From NCBI GenBank assembly GCA_964526295.1, contig CAZGKW010000011.1, forward strand, positions 3,515-67,514: 64,000 nucleotides of DNA, written 5' to 3'. This document shows, piece by piece, positions 1-9,056 of this stretch. Each line of letters opens with the position of its first letter. Position 1 is the stretch's first letter. The DNA is from an uncultured Anaerolineales bacterium (GTDB taxonomy: Bacteria; Planctomycetota; Phycisphaerae; FEN-1346). The notes beneath the pieces were generated by a model. It was not told the origin of the DNA and did not search any database. It saw only the letters and a list, made by a program, of their open reading frames with translations. Both the position numbers and the translations under genes were made by a program.

Positions 1-2
1 CC

Positions 3-1292
3 GGCGACATCGAGCGGAAAAAGCTCCGGGCCGACTTCGGCATCACCTACGACGTCGACGCCCTGAAACTGATCGACGACCTCCGCCGATGGGACGTCGA
101 CGTGGCCGCCGTCGTCATCACCCGCTTCGACGACCAGCCCTCGGCCCGGATCTTCCGGAGCAAGCTCCAGAAGCACGGCATCCGCGTCTTCACCCACCGA
201 CGCACGAAGGGCTACCCGACCGACGTCGACCGGATCGTCAGCGACGAGGGCTACGGGGCCAACGCCTACATCGAGACCGACCGGCCCCTGGTGGTCGTCA
301 CGGGTCCCGGGCCGGGCAGCGGCAAGCTGGCCACGTGCCTCTCGCAGCTCTACCACGACCATCGCCGCGGCGTCCGCTCCGGCTATGCCAAGTTCGAGAC
401 GTTCCCCATCTGGAACCTGCCGCTCCAGCACCCGGTCAACGTCGCCTACGAGGCGGCGACCGTCGACCTCGGCGACCGGAACCTCATCGACCCGTTCCAC
501 CTGGAGGCCTACGGCGAGACGGCGGTCAACTACAACCGCGACGTCGAGGTCTTCCCCGTCCTCAAACGGGTCCTGGAGCGGATCAGCGGCCTGGACGAGA
601 CGTACCGGTCGCCGACCGACATGGGCGTCAACCGGGCCGGCTTCGCCATCACCGACGAGGCGGTCGTTCGCAAGGCCGCCCGGCAGGAGATCATCCGCCG
701 CTACTTCCGCTGCGCGTGCGAGCACGCCATGGGGTTCGTCGACGGCGAGACGCTCCAGCGGAGCGAGCTGGTCCTGGAACGGGTCGGCGCCGGGCCGCTC
801 GACCGCCGCGTCGTCGCGCCGGCCCGCGACGCCGCCGAGGAGGCACGCCGGGCCGGCAAGGGCCACAAGGGCATCTTCGCCGGCGCCGCCATCGAGCTGC
901 GAGACGGGACGGTCGTCACGGGCCGCAACTCCCCCCTGATGCACGCCTCGAGCGCCCTGGTCCTGAACGCCGTCAAGCACCTGGCGGGCATCCCGCCACA
1001 GTTCCACCTGCTGGCCCCGAGCATCCTCGAATCGATCACCGGCCTCAAGCAGCAGGTGCTGGCCGCCCGGTCGGCCAGCCTGGACCTCGGCGAGACCCTC
1101 ATCGCCCTCTCGATCAGCGCCGCCACCAACCCGACCGCCCAGGCGGCGCTGGACCGCCTGAAGGACCTCGCCGGGTGCGAGGTCCACCTGACGCATATCC
1201 CCCGCCCCGGCGACGAGGCCGGCCTCAGACGTCTCGGCGTCCACCTGACGAGCGAACCGAACTTCTCCAGCAAGGACCTGTTTCAGGCGTGA
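3..1292 (+). CDS. DUF1846 (UPF0371) family protein, 5'-partial
   Basis: Frame is open from base 3 (GDIERKKLRADFGITYD...). Family-typical motifs VVVTGPGPGSGKLATCLSQLYH and GYAKFETFPIWNLPLQHPVNVAYEAATVDL. Confidence 0.9.
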   Translation, partial: GDIERKKLRADFGITYDVDALKLIDDLRRWDVDVAAVVITRFDDQPSARIFRSKLQKHGIRVFTHRRTKGYPTDVDRIVSDEGYGANAYIETDRPLVVVTGPGPGSGKLATCLSQLYHDHRRGVRSGYAKFETFPIWNLPLQHPVNVAYEAATVDLGDRNLIDPFHLEAYGETAVNYNRDVEVFPVLKRVLERISGLDETYRSPTDMGVNRAGFAITDEAVVRKAARQEIIRRYFRCACEHAMGFVDGETLQRSELVLERVGAGPLDRRVVAPARDAAEEARRAGKGHKGIFAGAAIELRDGTVVTGRNSPLMHASSALVLNAVKHLAGIPPQFHLLAPSILESITGLKQQVLAARSASLDLGETLIALSISAATNPTAQAALDRLKDLAGCEVHLTHIPRPGDEAGLRRLGVHLTSEPNFSSKDLFQA

Positions 1293-1319
1293 CGGTTTCG
1301 GCGCGTCACGGTCGGCGGG

Positions 1320-4300
1320 TCACTCGGCCTCCAACTGGTCGAGCCAGCCTCGGGCGATCCGGGCTTCGTCCGTGCCGGGCAGGTCGCGGACGACCGCCTC
1401 CAGGCGTTCCCGGCGGGCCTCGACGCGGCCAAGCCACCGGGCCAGGCGCGTCGGCGGATGGGGGACCTCCTTGAGGGCCGGCGAGAGGCGGACGTCCCGC
1501 TCGGGGGCCTTCGCCTTCGGCTCGACGCGATGGGCCGCAAGGGCGTCCGTCCACTTCGCCGCGAATCCGCCCACACTCGTGAACGACCACCCCTTGCTCC
1601 CCGGCTTCACCACGACGCACAGCACGTGCTCGCCGGGGGCGACGCGGACGGCGAACGGGTGGGCCTTGACGTCGGTCGGGGCCGACCCGTTGCCCCGTTC
1701 CATCGTGTCGTACACGGGCTCGCCATCGACATACCAACGCATGAACCAGTCCGCCCCCGCCGTGACGTAGAGCGTCCCCTCGGCGGGCACCTCGACCGTG
1801 GCCCAGGCATACGCCAGGTTGGGCGTCCCGATCTTGACCGTCCGGGGGGCGTTGGCGACGTCCGGCTCGGCCCCCGGCACGAGGCCGATCAGGCTCGTCA
1901 GGTACACCGTGCCGTCCTCGGCCGGGACCTCGCAAGCCGTGTAGGTTCGCGGCCCCACCTTGAGCTTCTTGGGCGGCCGCTTGAGGTCGGCGTCGCGGAT
2001 CGGCGGGCTGTCCGGCGGCATCGGCCCGTACACCTTCCACGTCTCGGGCCAGGCGGTCCGTTCCAGCGCCCCCGCCTCCAGGGCCGCGACGACAGCCACC
2101 GGCGGCACGACCTCCCGCTCCTCGGTCGCGTAGTAGCCGGGACCGATCCGCAGAAGGTACGGGTACAGGCCCGGCGAGAGGTGGACGGGCGAGTCGGCCC
2201 GCAGCCGCTCGCCGCCGAGCCACTGGGCCAAGCCCGGCGAATCGAGGCCGGACACGACGACACGGTCGCGGCGGTTGTCGAGGACACTGTACAGGAGCCC
2301 CGCGCCGCGCTCCAGGCCGCTCACGCACGTCGGATCGACCTTCGTCGAGAAGACGGGGACGATGTCCCCGGTGCCCTGGAGGGTGGACTCGCGGCGGTAG
2401 AGCGGCGGCTCGTTGTACGCGAAGTCTCGCCCGAGAGGCTCGAAGCGGACCGTCCGGCCGCCGACCGAAAGCTCCGTCCCGGCGCGAACTTCCGTCGCAG
2501 CCAAGGTCGCCGCGGCGGCCTCGTCGACCGCCTCGGGCGGCATTGGGCCGGCGCCCAGCCAGTACTGCGTCGCCTGCCCGTCGATCAGTTCGCCGACGGG
2601 CAACGCGCCGCTCGGCCCAACGTCCTTCATCGGCTCGACGTTGCGCGCGTCGGCTGCGGCGGGCCGTCGGCCGATCTCCGCCAGCAACGTCTCGGCGAGC
2701 CGCCGGGCCTGGTACGACCGGCCCTCGTCGGTCGTGGCGGCGACGCACACCAGGCCCTTCGGCCCGCGCAGGAGCATCCGCTCGCCCGCGAAGACGGGCG
2801 GCGTGGTCGTGCCGAGGTCGATGCGGTTGCGGCAGACCAGCTGGAGGTCGGCGTCGGCGGTGGCGACGGCGATCTGGCCGAACGGCCTGCCTCCGTGCGA
2901 CCCGCCCCCGGCGTCCTGGCAGAAAACGTACCGGCCCGCGACGACCGGCTGGATGGCGTGCGTCACCGCCCCGACGAGGGCGGGCTTGAGCTTCGCCAGC
3001 GGCCGGCCCGTGCGGGCCTCGTAGGCCTGGAGCTCGAGCCGAGCGTCCGGGCAGTGCGGCCCCCGCTCAAGCACGGGGTTCCACGTGAAGACGTGGTCGC
3101 GCGTGGCAACGGCGGGCGTGACGATGCGGCCGAAGCCGCCGTGCTCGTAGCCCGTCTCCCAGCTCATCGCGCAGGCCGGCTTCCCGCCGACCGTCCACAG
3201 TCGCACCGCCACGCCGTGGTCCTCGGTCGTCAGGTAGACGCGGCCCGGGGCCGTCGTGACCCAGTAGCCCGTGCCGGCGGGGTAGCCGGTGCTCCAGGCG
3301 CCGCGGCGGCCGCCGTCGGGGCGCTCGACGTCCATCGGCGGCAGAAGCGAGACGCGCCCGGCGTCGACCACCGGCCCGACGGAGGTCCACACCAGGCCGG
3401 CCCGGTCGTCGCCGCTTCCGGCCACCACGAACCGGCTGTGCTTCGCCTCGAAGCGGCCGGGCACGGTCCAGGAGGCCAGCACCTCGCCACTGGCGGCGTT
3501 CAGGACGAGGATGCCCGTCAGGTCCTTGCGGCGGCGTCCCCGCTCGTCCTTGGCGATATCGTCCGGCGCGGTCCAGCCGACCGTCGGGTCGCCCTCGATG
3601 ACAAGGTGGCCCTCCCAGAGGTGCACGCGTCCGCCGGCCAGGTGCGTCTCGGTGAGCCAGAGCCGCTTGCCCGACGCATCGAAGCACGCCGCCGCGCCGC
3701 TGCCCCCCTGGAACCACACGCGGCGACCGTCGGTCACGGGCTCGGAAGCGAGCGCCTCGCGGCCCTTCTCGTCGCGCGGCTCGGGCCCCGGCGCCTCGCC
3801 TGACCAGAGGAGTCGGCCGGTGGCAAGGTCGACGCCGTGCAACTCGTGCGACCCGGCCGTCACGAAGGCCGACCCGCCCGCGACGGCCGGCCGGCCCTTG
3901 CCGGCGAGTCCGGCGTTCCGCCATGCGATGTTAATGTCGCGCTCCAGGTCCCACGCCAGCGGCGGCGAGGCTTCGGGATAGACGTTCGGGCCGGCGGCCG
4001 TTTCGGACGGCGGCTCGGGACGGCCGCGAGCGGGCCCCTTTGCCGTCAGGGCCAGGCGGACCCAGGAGGGCCGGCGGTCGCGATGGACGCGCAGCAGCAG
4101 CTCGTTCGCTCCGGCGACCAGGTCGACCGCGACGATCTCGCGCCCCCTCGGCCGATACCGCCAGGTCGTCTCCCGGCCGGTCCAGAGGAGCCGCCCGTTC
4201 ACCCACAGCTTGGCGTGGTTGCTCGCCTCGAGGGCGAGCCAGACCCGCCGGGCCCGCGGGGCGACCAGGTCCGCCGTCGCGTACCACACCTGGCCGGCGA

Positions 4301-5999
4301 AGCGGGTGTAGAAGCCGGCCTTCTCCCACGGGGGCGAGAGGCGGCCTCGGTCGGCTTCGACGGTCTGCCAGGCGTGCACCTCGGCCTCGGCGGTGTCGGC
4401 GCCGTAGCGGTCGCGGTCCTGGCGGTAGCCCAGGCCGGGGACCGGGGCGATTTCGGCCAAGGCCGCGTCATCGTGCTCCAGGCCGAGACGCTGCTCGAAC
4501 GGCCCGACCACCTGCCACCGCGGGACGTGCCACCATCCCGCCCCGGCGTCGGCCGGCAGCGAAACCGCGCCCGACGCGGTCACAGGCAGGTCCTCGGCGC
4601 CCGTGCTCGGACTCTCGCCCCAGCCCTCGGGCCGGGCCGCCAGGACCGATGTCGTCTCGGGATTGCCGGCGGCATCCACCAGCCGTCGGACCTGGGCCGC
4701 GTAGGCCGCAGCGACCGCCGGATCGATCGCCGCGCCGGCCTGCCAGGCGGGGGCGGCGACGTCGGTCTGGTCGAAAGTTTCGGCGAATGGCAGCGGAAAA
4801 TGCTGAATCGCGAGGTACAAAGCGCGAATTTCGTGAAAAAGACGGTTAATCCGCTTGGCCGCCTCTCGAGCCGCCTTCGTCTCATCCCCGGGCAAACGAG
4901 GCTGGTCGCTCATCCGCTCGGCCGGCGGGGCCGGGTCGTCGAGGACCCTCCCCAGGACGGGCCCGACGCGGGCGCCGATCTCGCCCTCGGCCCGGAACCG
5001 GCCCCGGACAGCCGGCCCGCCCCGGCCGCGCACGGTGCCGCGGTACGACCCCATGTCGCCCGTACACGCGTACGTCCCCGCCAGGTCGTGATGGACGAGC
5101 CGGGCGTCGAGATCGAACTCCAGGACCTGCGCCGGGTGCTGCCACGTCTTGCCGCCGCCCCACGGCACCCAGCCGTCCTGGTGGAGCAGGATGACGAGCG
5201 TGCCGCTGAGCCGGCCGTCGTCGAAGGCGAGGCCCGTGGCGTCGCCCTCGTGGAAACCGCCGTTCCACGTGGGCGTGCGGACGTCGACCGCCGTGAACCG
5301 CGTGCTCGGGACGACGAGCCGCACCAGGATCGGCCGCACCATCGCGCCGCCGGTGGCCTTCTTGTGGCCGGTGGTGGCCGGGTCCCAGTGGACGCCGCCG
5401 TCGAGGACCAGGTCGAACAGGTGCGCGCCCGGCCCGATCTCGGCGTCGAGGGTGTACCGTTCGCGCCGCGGCTCCGAGAGGCCGGCCGGGATGAACCGGT
5501 CCCACCAGCCGTGGGGTTCGCCGGGAGGCAGCCGCTCGTCGAGCGTCCGGTCGAGGCGGAACCGGACGTCCAGACTCCCGGCCAGGCGGATGCCCGCCTC
5601 CAGGCCGGACGCATCGACGGCGTACCGCTGGGTCGGCCGCCAGGCACAGGCCACCCCGTTGCCCAGGTGGTACCCCCGCCACTCCTGCATGGTGCTCTGC
5701 TCCCAGGCGGGGACCTCGGCGAACACGTCCCGCCACCGGCCGCCGGCCTGGCGGAGGACGACGGTCGCATCGGCCCCGTCGGCCCCGCCGGCGAGCTCGA
5801 GGCGATACTCGACGACGCCGCCGGCCTTCGCCTCCGCTGCCTGCCGGGCTTCGAGCGCCCGGCACAGCCGATCGCGCACGGCGACCAGGTGGGCGTAGTC
5901 GTCGGCCAGGTCCGCCCGCGCCGCAGTCGCCGCCCACACCAGCGCGAGCGCGGCAACCAGGAACGCGATACCGAGGGTCGGATGGACCGTGCTTCTCAC
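1320..5999 (-). CDS. Large secreted mosaic protein (1559 aa): unnamed beta-domain, PQQ-like beta-propeller, three PA14-like modules
   Basis: GTG start at 5999 with AAGGAG RBS, then a hydrophobic signal (LGIAFLVAALALVWAATAARA). Propeller repeats (GVDLATGRLLWS, ACFDASGKRLW, TPAVATRDHVF). Three W-x2-3-G-P-[FM] ... W-x-[ND]-G modules. GC3-rich codons in this frame. Confidence 0.8.
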   Translation of the reverse strand: MRSTVHPTLGIAFLVAALALVWAATAARADLADDYAHLVAVRDRLCRALEARQAAEAKAGGVVEYRLELAGGADGADATVVLRQAGGRWRDVFAEVPAWEQSTMQEWRGYHLGNGVACAWRPTQRYAVDASGLEAGIRLAGSLDVRFRLDRTLDERLPPGEPHGWWDRFIPAGLSEPRRERYTLDAEIGPGAHLFDLVLDGGVHWDPATTGHKKATGGAMVRPILVRLVVPSTRFTAVDVRTPTWNGGFHEGDATGLAFDDGRLSGTLVILLHQDGWVPWGGGKTWQHPAQVLEFDLDARLVHHDLAGTYACTGDMGSYRGTVRGRGGPAVRGRFRAEGEIGARVGPVLGRVLDDPAPPAERMSDQPRLPGDETKAAREAAKRINRLFHEIRALYLAIQHFPLPFAETFDQTDVAAPAWQAGAAIDPAVAAAYAAQVRRLVDAAGNPETTSVLAARPEGWGESPSTGAEDLPVTASGAVSLPADAGAGWWHVPRWQVVGPFEQRLGLEHDDAALAEIAPVPGLGYRQDRDRYGADTAEAEVHAWQTVEADRGRLSPPWEKAGFYTRFAGQVWYATADLVAPRARRVWLALEASNHAKLWVNGRLLWTGRETTWRYRPRGREIVAVDLVAGANELLLRVHRDRRPSWVRLALTAKGPARGRPEPPSETAAGPNVYPEASPPLAWDLERDINIAWRNAGLAGKGRPAVAGGSAFVTAGSHELHGVDLATGRLLWSGEAPGPEPRDEKGREALASEPVTDGRRVWFQGGSGAAACFDASGKRLWLTETHLAGGRVHLWEGHLVIEGDPTVGWTAPDDIAKDERGRRRKDLTGILVLNAASGEVLASWTVPGRFEAKHSRFVVAGSGDDRAGLVWTSVGPVVDAGRVSLLPPMDVERPDGGRRGAWSTGYPAGTGYWVTTAPGRVYLTTEDHGVAVRLWTVGGKPACAMSWETGYEHGGFGRIVTPAVATRDHVFTWNPVLERGPHCPDARLELQAYEARTGRPLAKLKPALVGAVTHAIQPVVAGRYVFCQDAGGGSHGGRPFGQIAVATADADLQLVCRNRIDLGTTTPPVFAGERMLLRGPKGLVCVAATTDEGRSYQARRLAETLLAEIGRRPAAADARNVEPMKDVGPSGALPVGELIDGQATQYWLGAGPMPPEAVDEAAAATLAATEVRAGTELSVGGRTVRFEPLGRDFAYNEPPLYRRESTLQGTGDIVPVFSTKVDPTCVSGLERGAGLLYSVLDNRRDRVVVSGLDSPGLAQWLGGERLRADSPVHLSPGLYPYLLRIGPGYYATEEREVVPPVAVVAALEAGALERTAWPETWKVYGPMPPDSPPIRDADLKRPPKKLKVGPRTYTACEVPAEDGTVYLTSLIGLVPGAEPDVANAPRTVKIGTPNLAYAWATVEVPAEGTLYVTAGADWFMRWYVDGEPVYDTMERGNGSAPTDVKAHPFAVRVAPGEHVLCVVVKPGSKGWSFTSVGGFAAKWTDALAAHRVEPKAKAPERDVRLSPALKEVPHPPTRLARWLGRVEARRERLEAVVRDLPGTDEARIARGWLDQLEAE

Positions 6000-6228
6000 G
6001 AGCTGCTCCTTTCGCTGACGCGGATCGCCGCGTACCTCCTCACCTGGTATAACACGCGGGCACCGGTGGAGTTGCCCTTCCATCGTCGCCTCCGCCGGCA
6101 CGGCCGGCCGGTCGAGGGGCGGGATCGGCAATCGGCTGATGCGACGGGGGGCCGCGGCGGAGCGGGCGGCCGACGCCGGTCGCGCCGGCCCGCATCTCGT
6201 GGACCATGGACCGGAAGGACCGCTGCCG

Positions 6229-7299
6229 CTACAACCGCCTGAGCTCCGTCACGTCCGTCCTGATCAGGCGGCTCGCCGGCCGGCCGGTCTTCTCCGGCCC
6301 CTTCGGGCCGACGTACCCGGTCGAGAGGGCGACGTCGTCGTACCACACCGTGTTGTTCCTGGTGGCCTTGTGGACGTAGACGCCGATGTTGAACCGCTTG
6401 AGGCGGACCTGCGGGCTCGCCCGCCAGCGGATGCCAATGTAATGGAGATAGAGCTTTCCGTCGATCCAGGCGGCCAGCTCGCCGTCGCCCTTGCCCACCG
6501 TGTTGCCCCGGACCATGTGCTCCAGGCAGTGCCACCGCCCGCGCCGAAGGGCGACCCGCTCGTCCTTCGCCGGCCCCAGCATGTTGCCCCAGTAGTTCCC
6601 GTCGCGGTCGCGTTTCATGTCCATCCAATAGGTGTAACAAAACAGGTAGCCGGGCGGCGGATAGCGGCCCCAGTCTCGCCAGGGCTCGAACGAGCTGGTG
6701 AACCGGTCGTCGCCCTTGGGGCGGACGCCGGCCTTGCCCATCCCCGCCCACCGGTCCGTCCCGGCCACCGCGGCCAGGCCGCCCCCGACGTGGTGCAGGT
6801 TGCCCTGGTCGTAGTCCGGGGCGAAGCGGATGTAGCGGCGAAAGTAGACGGTGTCGTAGCCCTTGGGCCCGAACCAGGCGCTCGCGCCCGCGCCGCCGGC
6901 GCGGCCGTCATTCGCGGGCGCCGTGAAGCGGATCGCGCCGCGGCCCGTGTGGGCGAGGGCCGGTTCGTGGACCAGCGCGGCCCGCCCGTCCTTCCGGCCG
7001 CGGACCTCGAAGTACTTTTTCAGCGAGTCGTCCGACTCGAAACCGTCCTCGAAGAAGACCTCGCCCGGTTTCTGGAGGCGCGCGAGCAACGCCGGGTCGG
7101 CCTGGGTCTGCGCCGTGACGAGGCGCGGCGGGGGGACGTCGCCGCGAGGCGGCTCGGACGCGCCGCCGTCCGAAGCGGCACCCACGGCGGCGATGCTCGC
7201 CAGGACGAGCGCCGCAACAACCAGACGCGTCATGAAACGCGAGGACGCCACGAGGTCCCCCGCATGCTGCGCGACCCTGTTCCGGGGCCCGGCCTTCAC
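6229..7299 (-). CDS. Secreted polysaccharide lyase-like protein (PL14-like beta-jelly roll)
   Basis: Signal MTRLVVAALVLASIAAVGAA (alternative start 7233; the 7299 GTG overlaps the upstream TGA). Motifs VYFRRYIRFAPDY, GRWHCLEHMVRGNTVGKGDGELAAWIDG and VWYDDVALS are typical of this fold. Confidence 0.65.
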   Translation of the reverse strand: MKAGPRNRVAQHAGDLVASSRFMTRLVVAALVLASIAAVGAASDGGASEPPRGDVPPPRLVTAQTQADPALLARLQKPGEVFFEDGFESDDSLKKYFEVRGRKDGRAALVHEPALAHTGRGAIRFTAPANDGRAGGAGASAWFGPKGYDTVYFRRYIRFAPDYDQGNLHHVGGGLAAVAGTDRWAGMGKAGVRPKGDDRFTSSFEPWRDWGRYPPPGYLFCYTYWMDMKRDRDGNYWGNMLGPAKDERVALRRGRWHCLEHMVRGNTVGKGDGELAAWIDGKLYLHYIGIRWRASPQVRLKRFNIGVYVHKATRNNTVWYDDVALSTGYVGPKGPEKTGRPASRLIRTDVTELRRL

Positions 7300-9056
7300 A
7301 GGCTGAGTTCCGGGTCCTCAGGCGGCGGGCCGGGCTCGGTCTTGCCGCCGGGCAGGCCCAGCTTCTCGCGGACCTCGGCTTCTTTCTTTCGCCGGGCCTG
7401 CTCGGCCTGTTTCTTCAGCTCCTCGGGCGTCGGCGCCCGCGGGACCGTCACGTAGAACCCGCCGCCCCGCCACGCGCCGGTGTACGTCCCGGGCAGCACG
7501 ACCCTGGAGAAGTCGCCCGTGCGGACCCCCTGGACGGTGAAGACGCCGTAGTCGCCGTCCCGCAGGGCCTCGTCCGCCTCGACGACGAGCGTGCCGCCGA
7601 CGGCCGCGTTGCCCGCGACCGAGACGACCCCGCCCCGGCCGATGCCGCGCCGCGACTTCTCGTGGAGCCGGACCCGGAGCGTCGCCCCGTCGTCGATCCG
7701 GGCGTTCCACCGGACACCGAGCCGCTCCTTCCCCACGTCGAGCGTGTACCCCTTGCCGAGCACCAGCCCCATGCAGGATTGCCCCGACGGGACGGTCACG
7801 GCGCCGCCGCGGCCCTCGAAGACGGCCTGGCTGGCGCCGTCCCACTCGGCCGGCTCGCCGTCGCGGCGCCAGCCCTTGCCGGGTCCGTCCCAGGCGCCGT
7901 CGCCGCCGGCCCACGTGAGGACGGGCGGCGGCGGGGCGTCGATGAAGTCCTTCAGGATCGGCGGCGGATAGAACCGCTCCTCGACCGGCCGGCCGGCCGT
8001 CGGGTCGGGGTGCGACCACGGCTCGCGCTGGTGGTACTCCCAGATGGCCATCGCGGTGGCCTCGTCCGGGGCCCAGAACGCGAGGTGCCTGTCGCCCCGG
8101 TAGTCGGCGTAGGGGGCGGGCCTGTGCGTCGGGTCCTTGATATCCGCATCATAAAGCCAGCCGTCCTCGGCGTGCATGGGGAGGCACCGCACCTCGGTCC
8201 GGCCTTCGGGCCCCTCCTTCGGGATGCGGGCGTCGGCCAAGCTGTGGACGTACCGGATGAACAGGTCCGTCATATCGTCGTTCCACGACGTGTGCCCGCC
8301 CCCGCGGTGGACGACGAGCGTCCAGACGTTGTCCTCGTCGCGCCGGCGGCGGTCGAGCATCTGCATCCGTGTCATCACCCACTGGGTCTGGTTGCGGGTC
8401 CGGCCGTCGGGCCCGGTCGTGGCGTAGCGGGACCGCAGGCCCCGGCCCAGGTCGCCGCCCTCGGGGCCGTACTGCTCGAACTCGCCGCTGAAGTGGACCA
8501 GCGGCACGGTGCGGAGGCTCCGCGAGGTGTCCTCGATGGCGTGGTGGAAGTTGCCGCTCTTGATCATCACGACCCCGATGACGCGATGCGGCTTCCAGTA
8601 GGCGACGTTGCGGCAGAACAGGCCCGCCGCCGAGTGGCCCGCCGTCAGCATGGGGGCGAACTCGACCTCCGGGTGGCCGCTCGCCTTGGCCAGCGCCGCC
8701 AGGGCCCGCTCCAGGTACGCCGACCCGCCGTGAATGATCCCGGCCCCGAGCGGGTAGTAGAGGACGCCCATGCCCTCCTCGGCGAGGGCCGCGCGGACCT
8801 TCGCGTCGGTCGCCAGCTTCTTCTCGATCATCACCGTGCCGGGATAGAACAGGCCCCGGACCTTCTTCACCCCCTTCGGCAGCCACAGGGCGGCCGGCGC
8901 GGGCGGCCGCTCCTTGCCCCGCTTCGGCGGCACGGACAGGTCGATGACCACGGTCCAGTCTCGCTCGTCGATGCCTTTCCGATCGGCGGCGCCGGCGGTC
9001 CCGGCGGCGATCACGAGCGCCGGTACGAGGCGACTCATCCATGCAAGCTTCGTCAT
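7296..9056 (-). CDS. Secreted alpha/beta-hydrolase-fold protein with C-terminal beta-helix/passenger-like region (586 aa)
   Basis: ATG at 9056 overlaps the upstream TGA (ATGA). Signal peptide; nucleophile elbow GHSAAG; later LTWAGGDGAWDG...AVFEGRGGAVTV beta-rich repeats; Lys/Glu/Pro-rich tail. Confidence 0.7.
   Translation of the reverse strand: MTKLAWMSRLVPALVIAAGTAGAADRKGIDERDWTVVIDLSVPPKRGKERPPAPAALWLPKGVKKVRGLFYPGTVMIEKKLATDAKVRAALAEEGMGVLYYPLGAGIIHGGSAYLERALAALAKASGHPEVEFAPMLTAGHSAAGLFCRNVAYWKPHRVIGVVMIKSGNFHHAIEDTSRSLRTVPLVHFSGEFEQYGPEGGDLGRGLRSRYATTGPDGRTRNQTQWVMTRMQMLDRRRRDEDNVWTLVVHRGGGHTSWNDDMTDLFIRYVHSLADARIPKEGPEGRTEVRCLPMHAEDGWLYDADIKDPTHRPAPYADYRGDRHLAFWAPDEATAMAIWEYHQREPWSHPDPTAGRPVEERFYPPPILKDFIDAPPPPVLTWAGGDGAWDGPGKGWRRDGEPAEWDGASQAVFEGRGGAVTVPSGQSCMGLVLGKGYTLDVGKERLGVRWNARIDDGATLRVRLHEKSRRGIGRGGVVSVAGNAAVGGTLVVEADEALRDGDYGVFTVQGVRTGDFSRVVLPGTYTGAWRGGGFYVTVPRAPTPEELKKQAEQARRKKEAEVREKLGLPGGKTEPGPPPEDPELSL

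Noticed and set aside
4771-4850. Diversity-generating retroelement variable region
   Set aside because: There is no reverse transcriptase and no template/variable repeat pair, and the differences are not adenine-specific.
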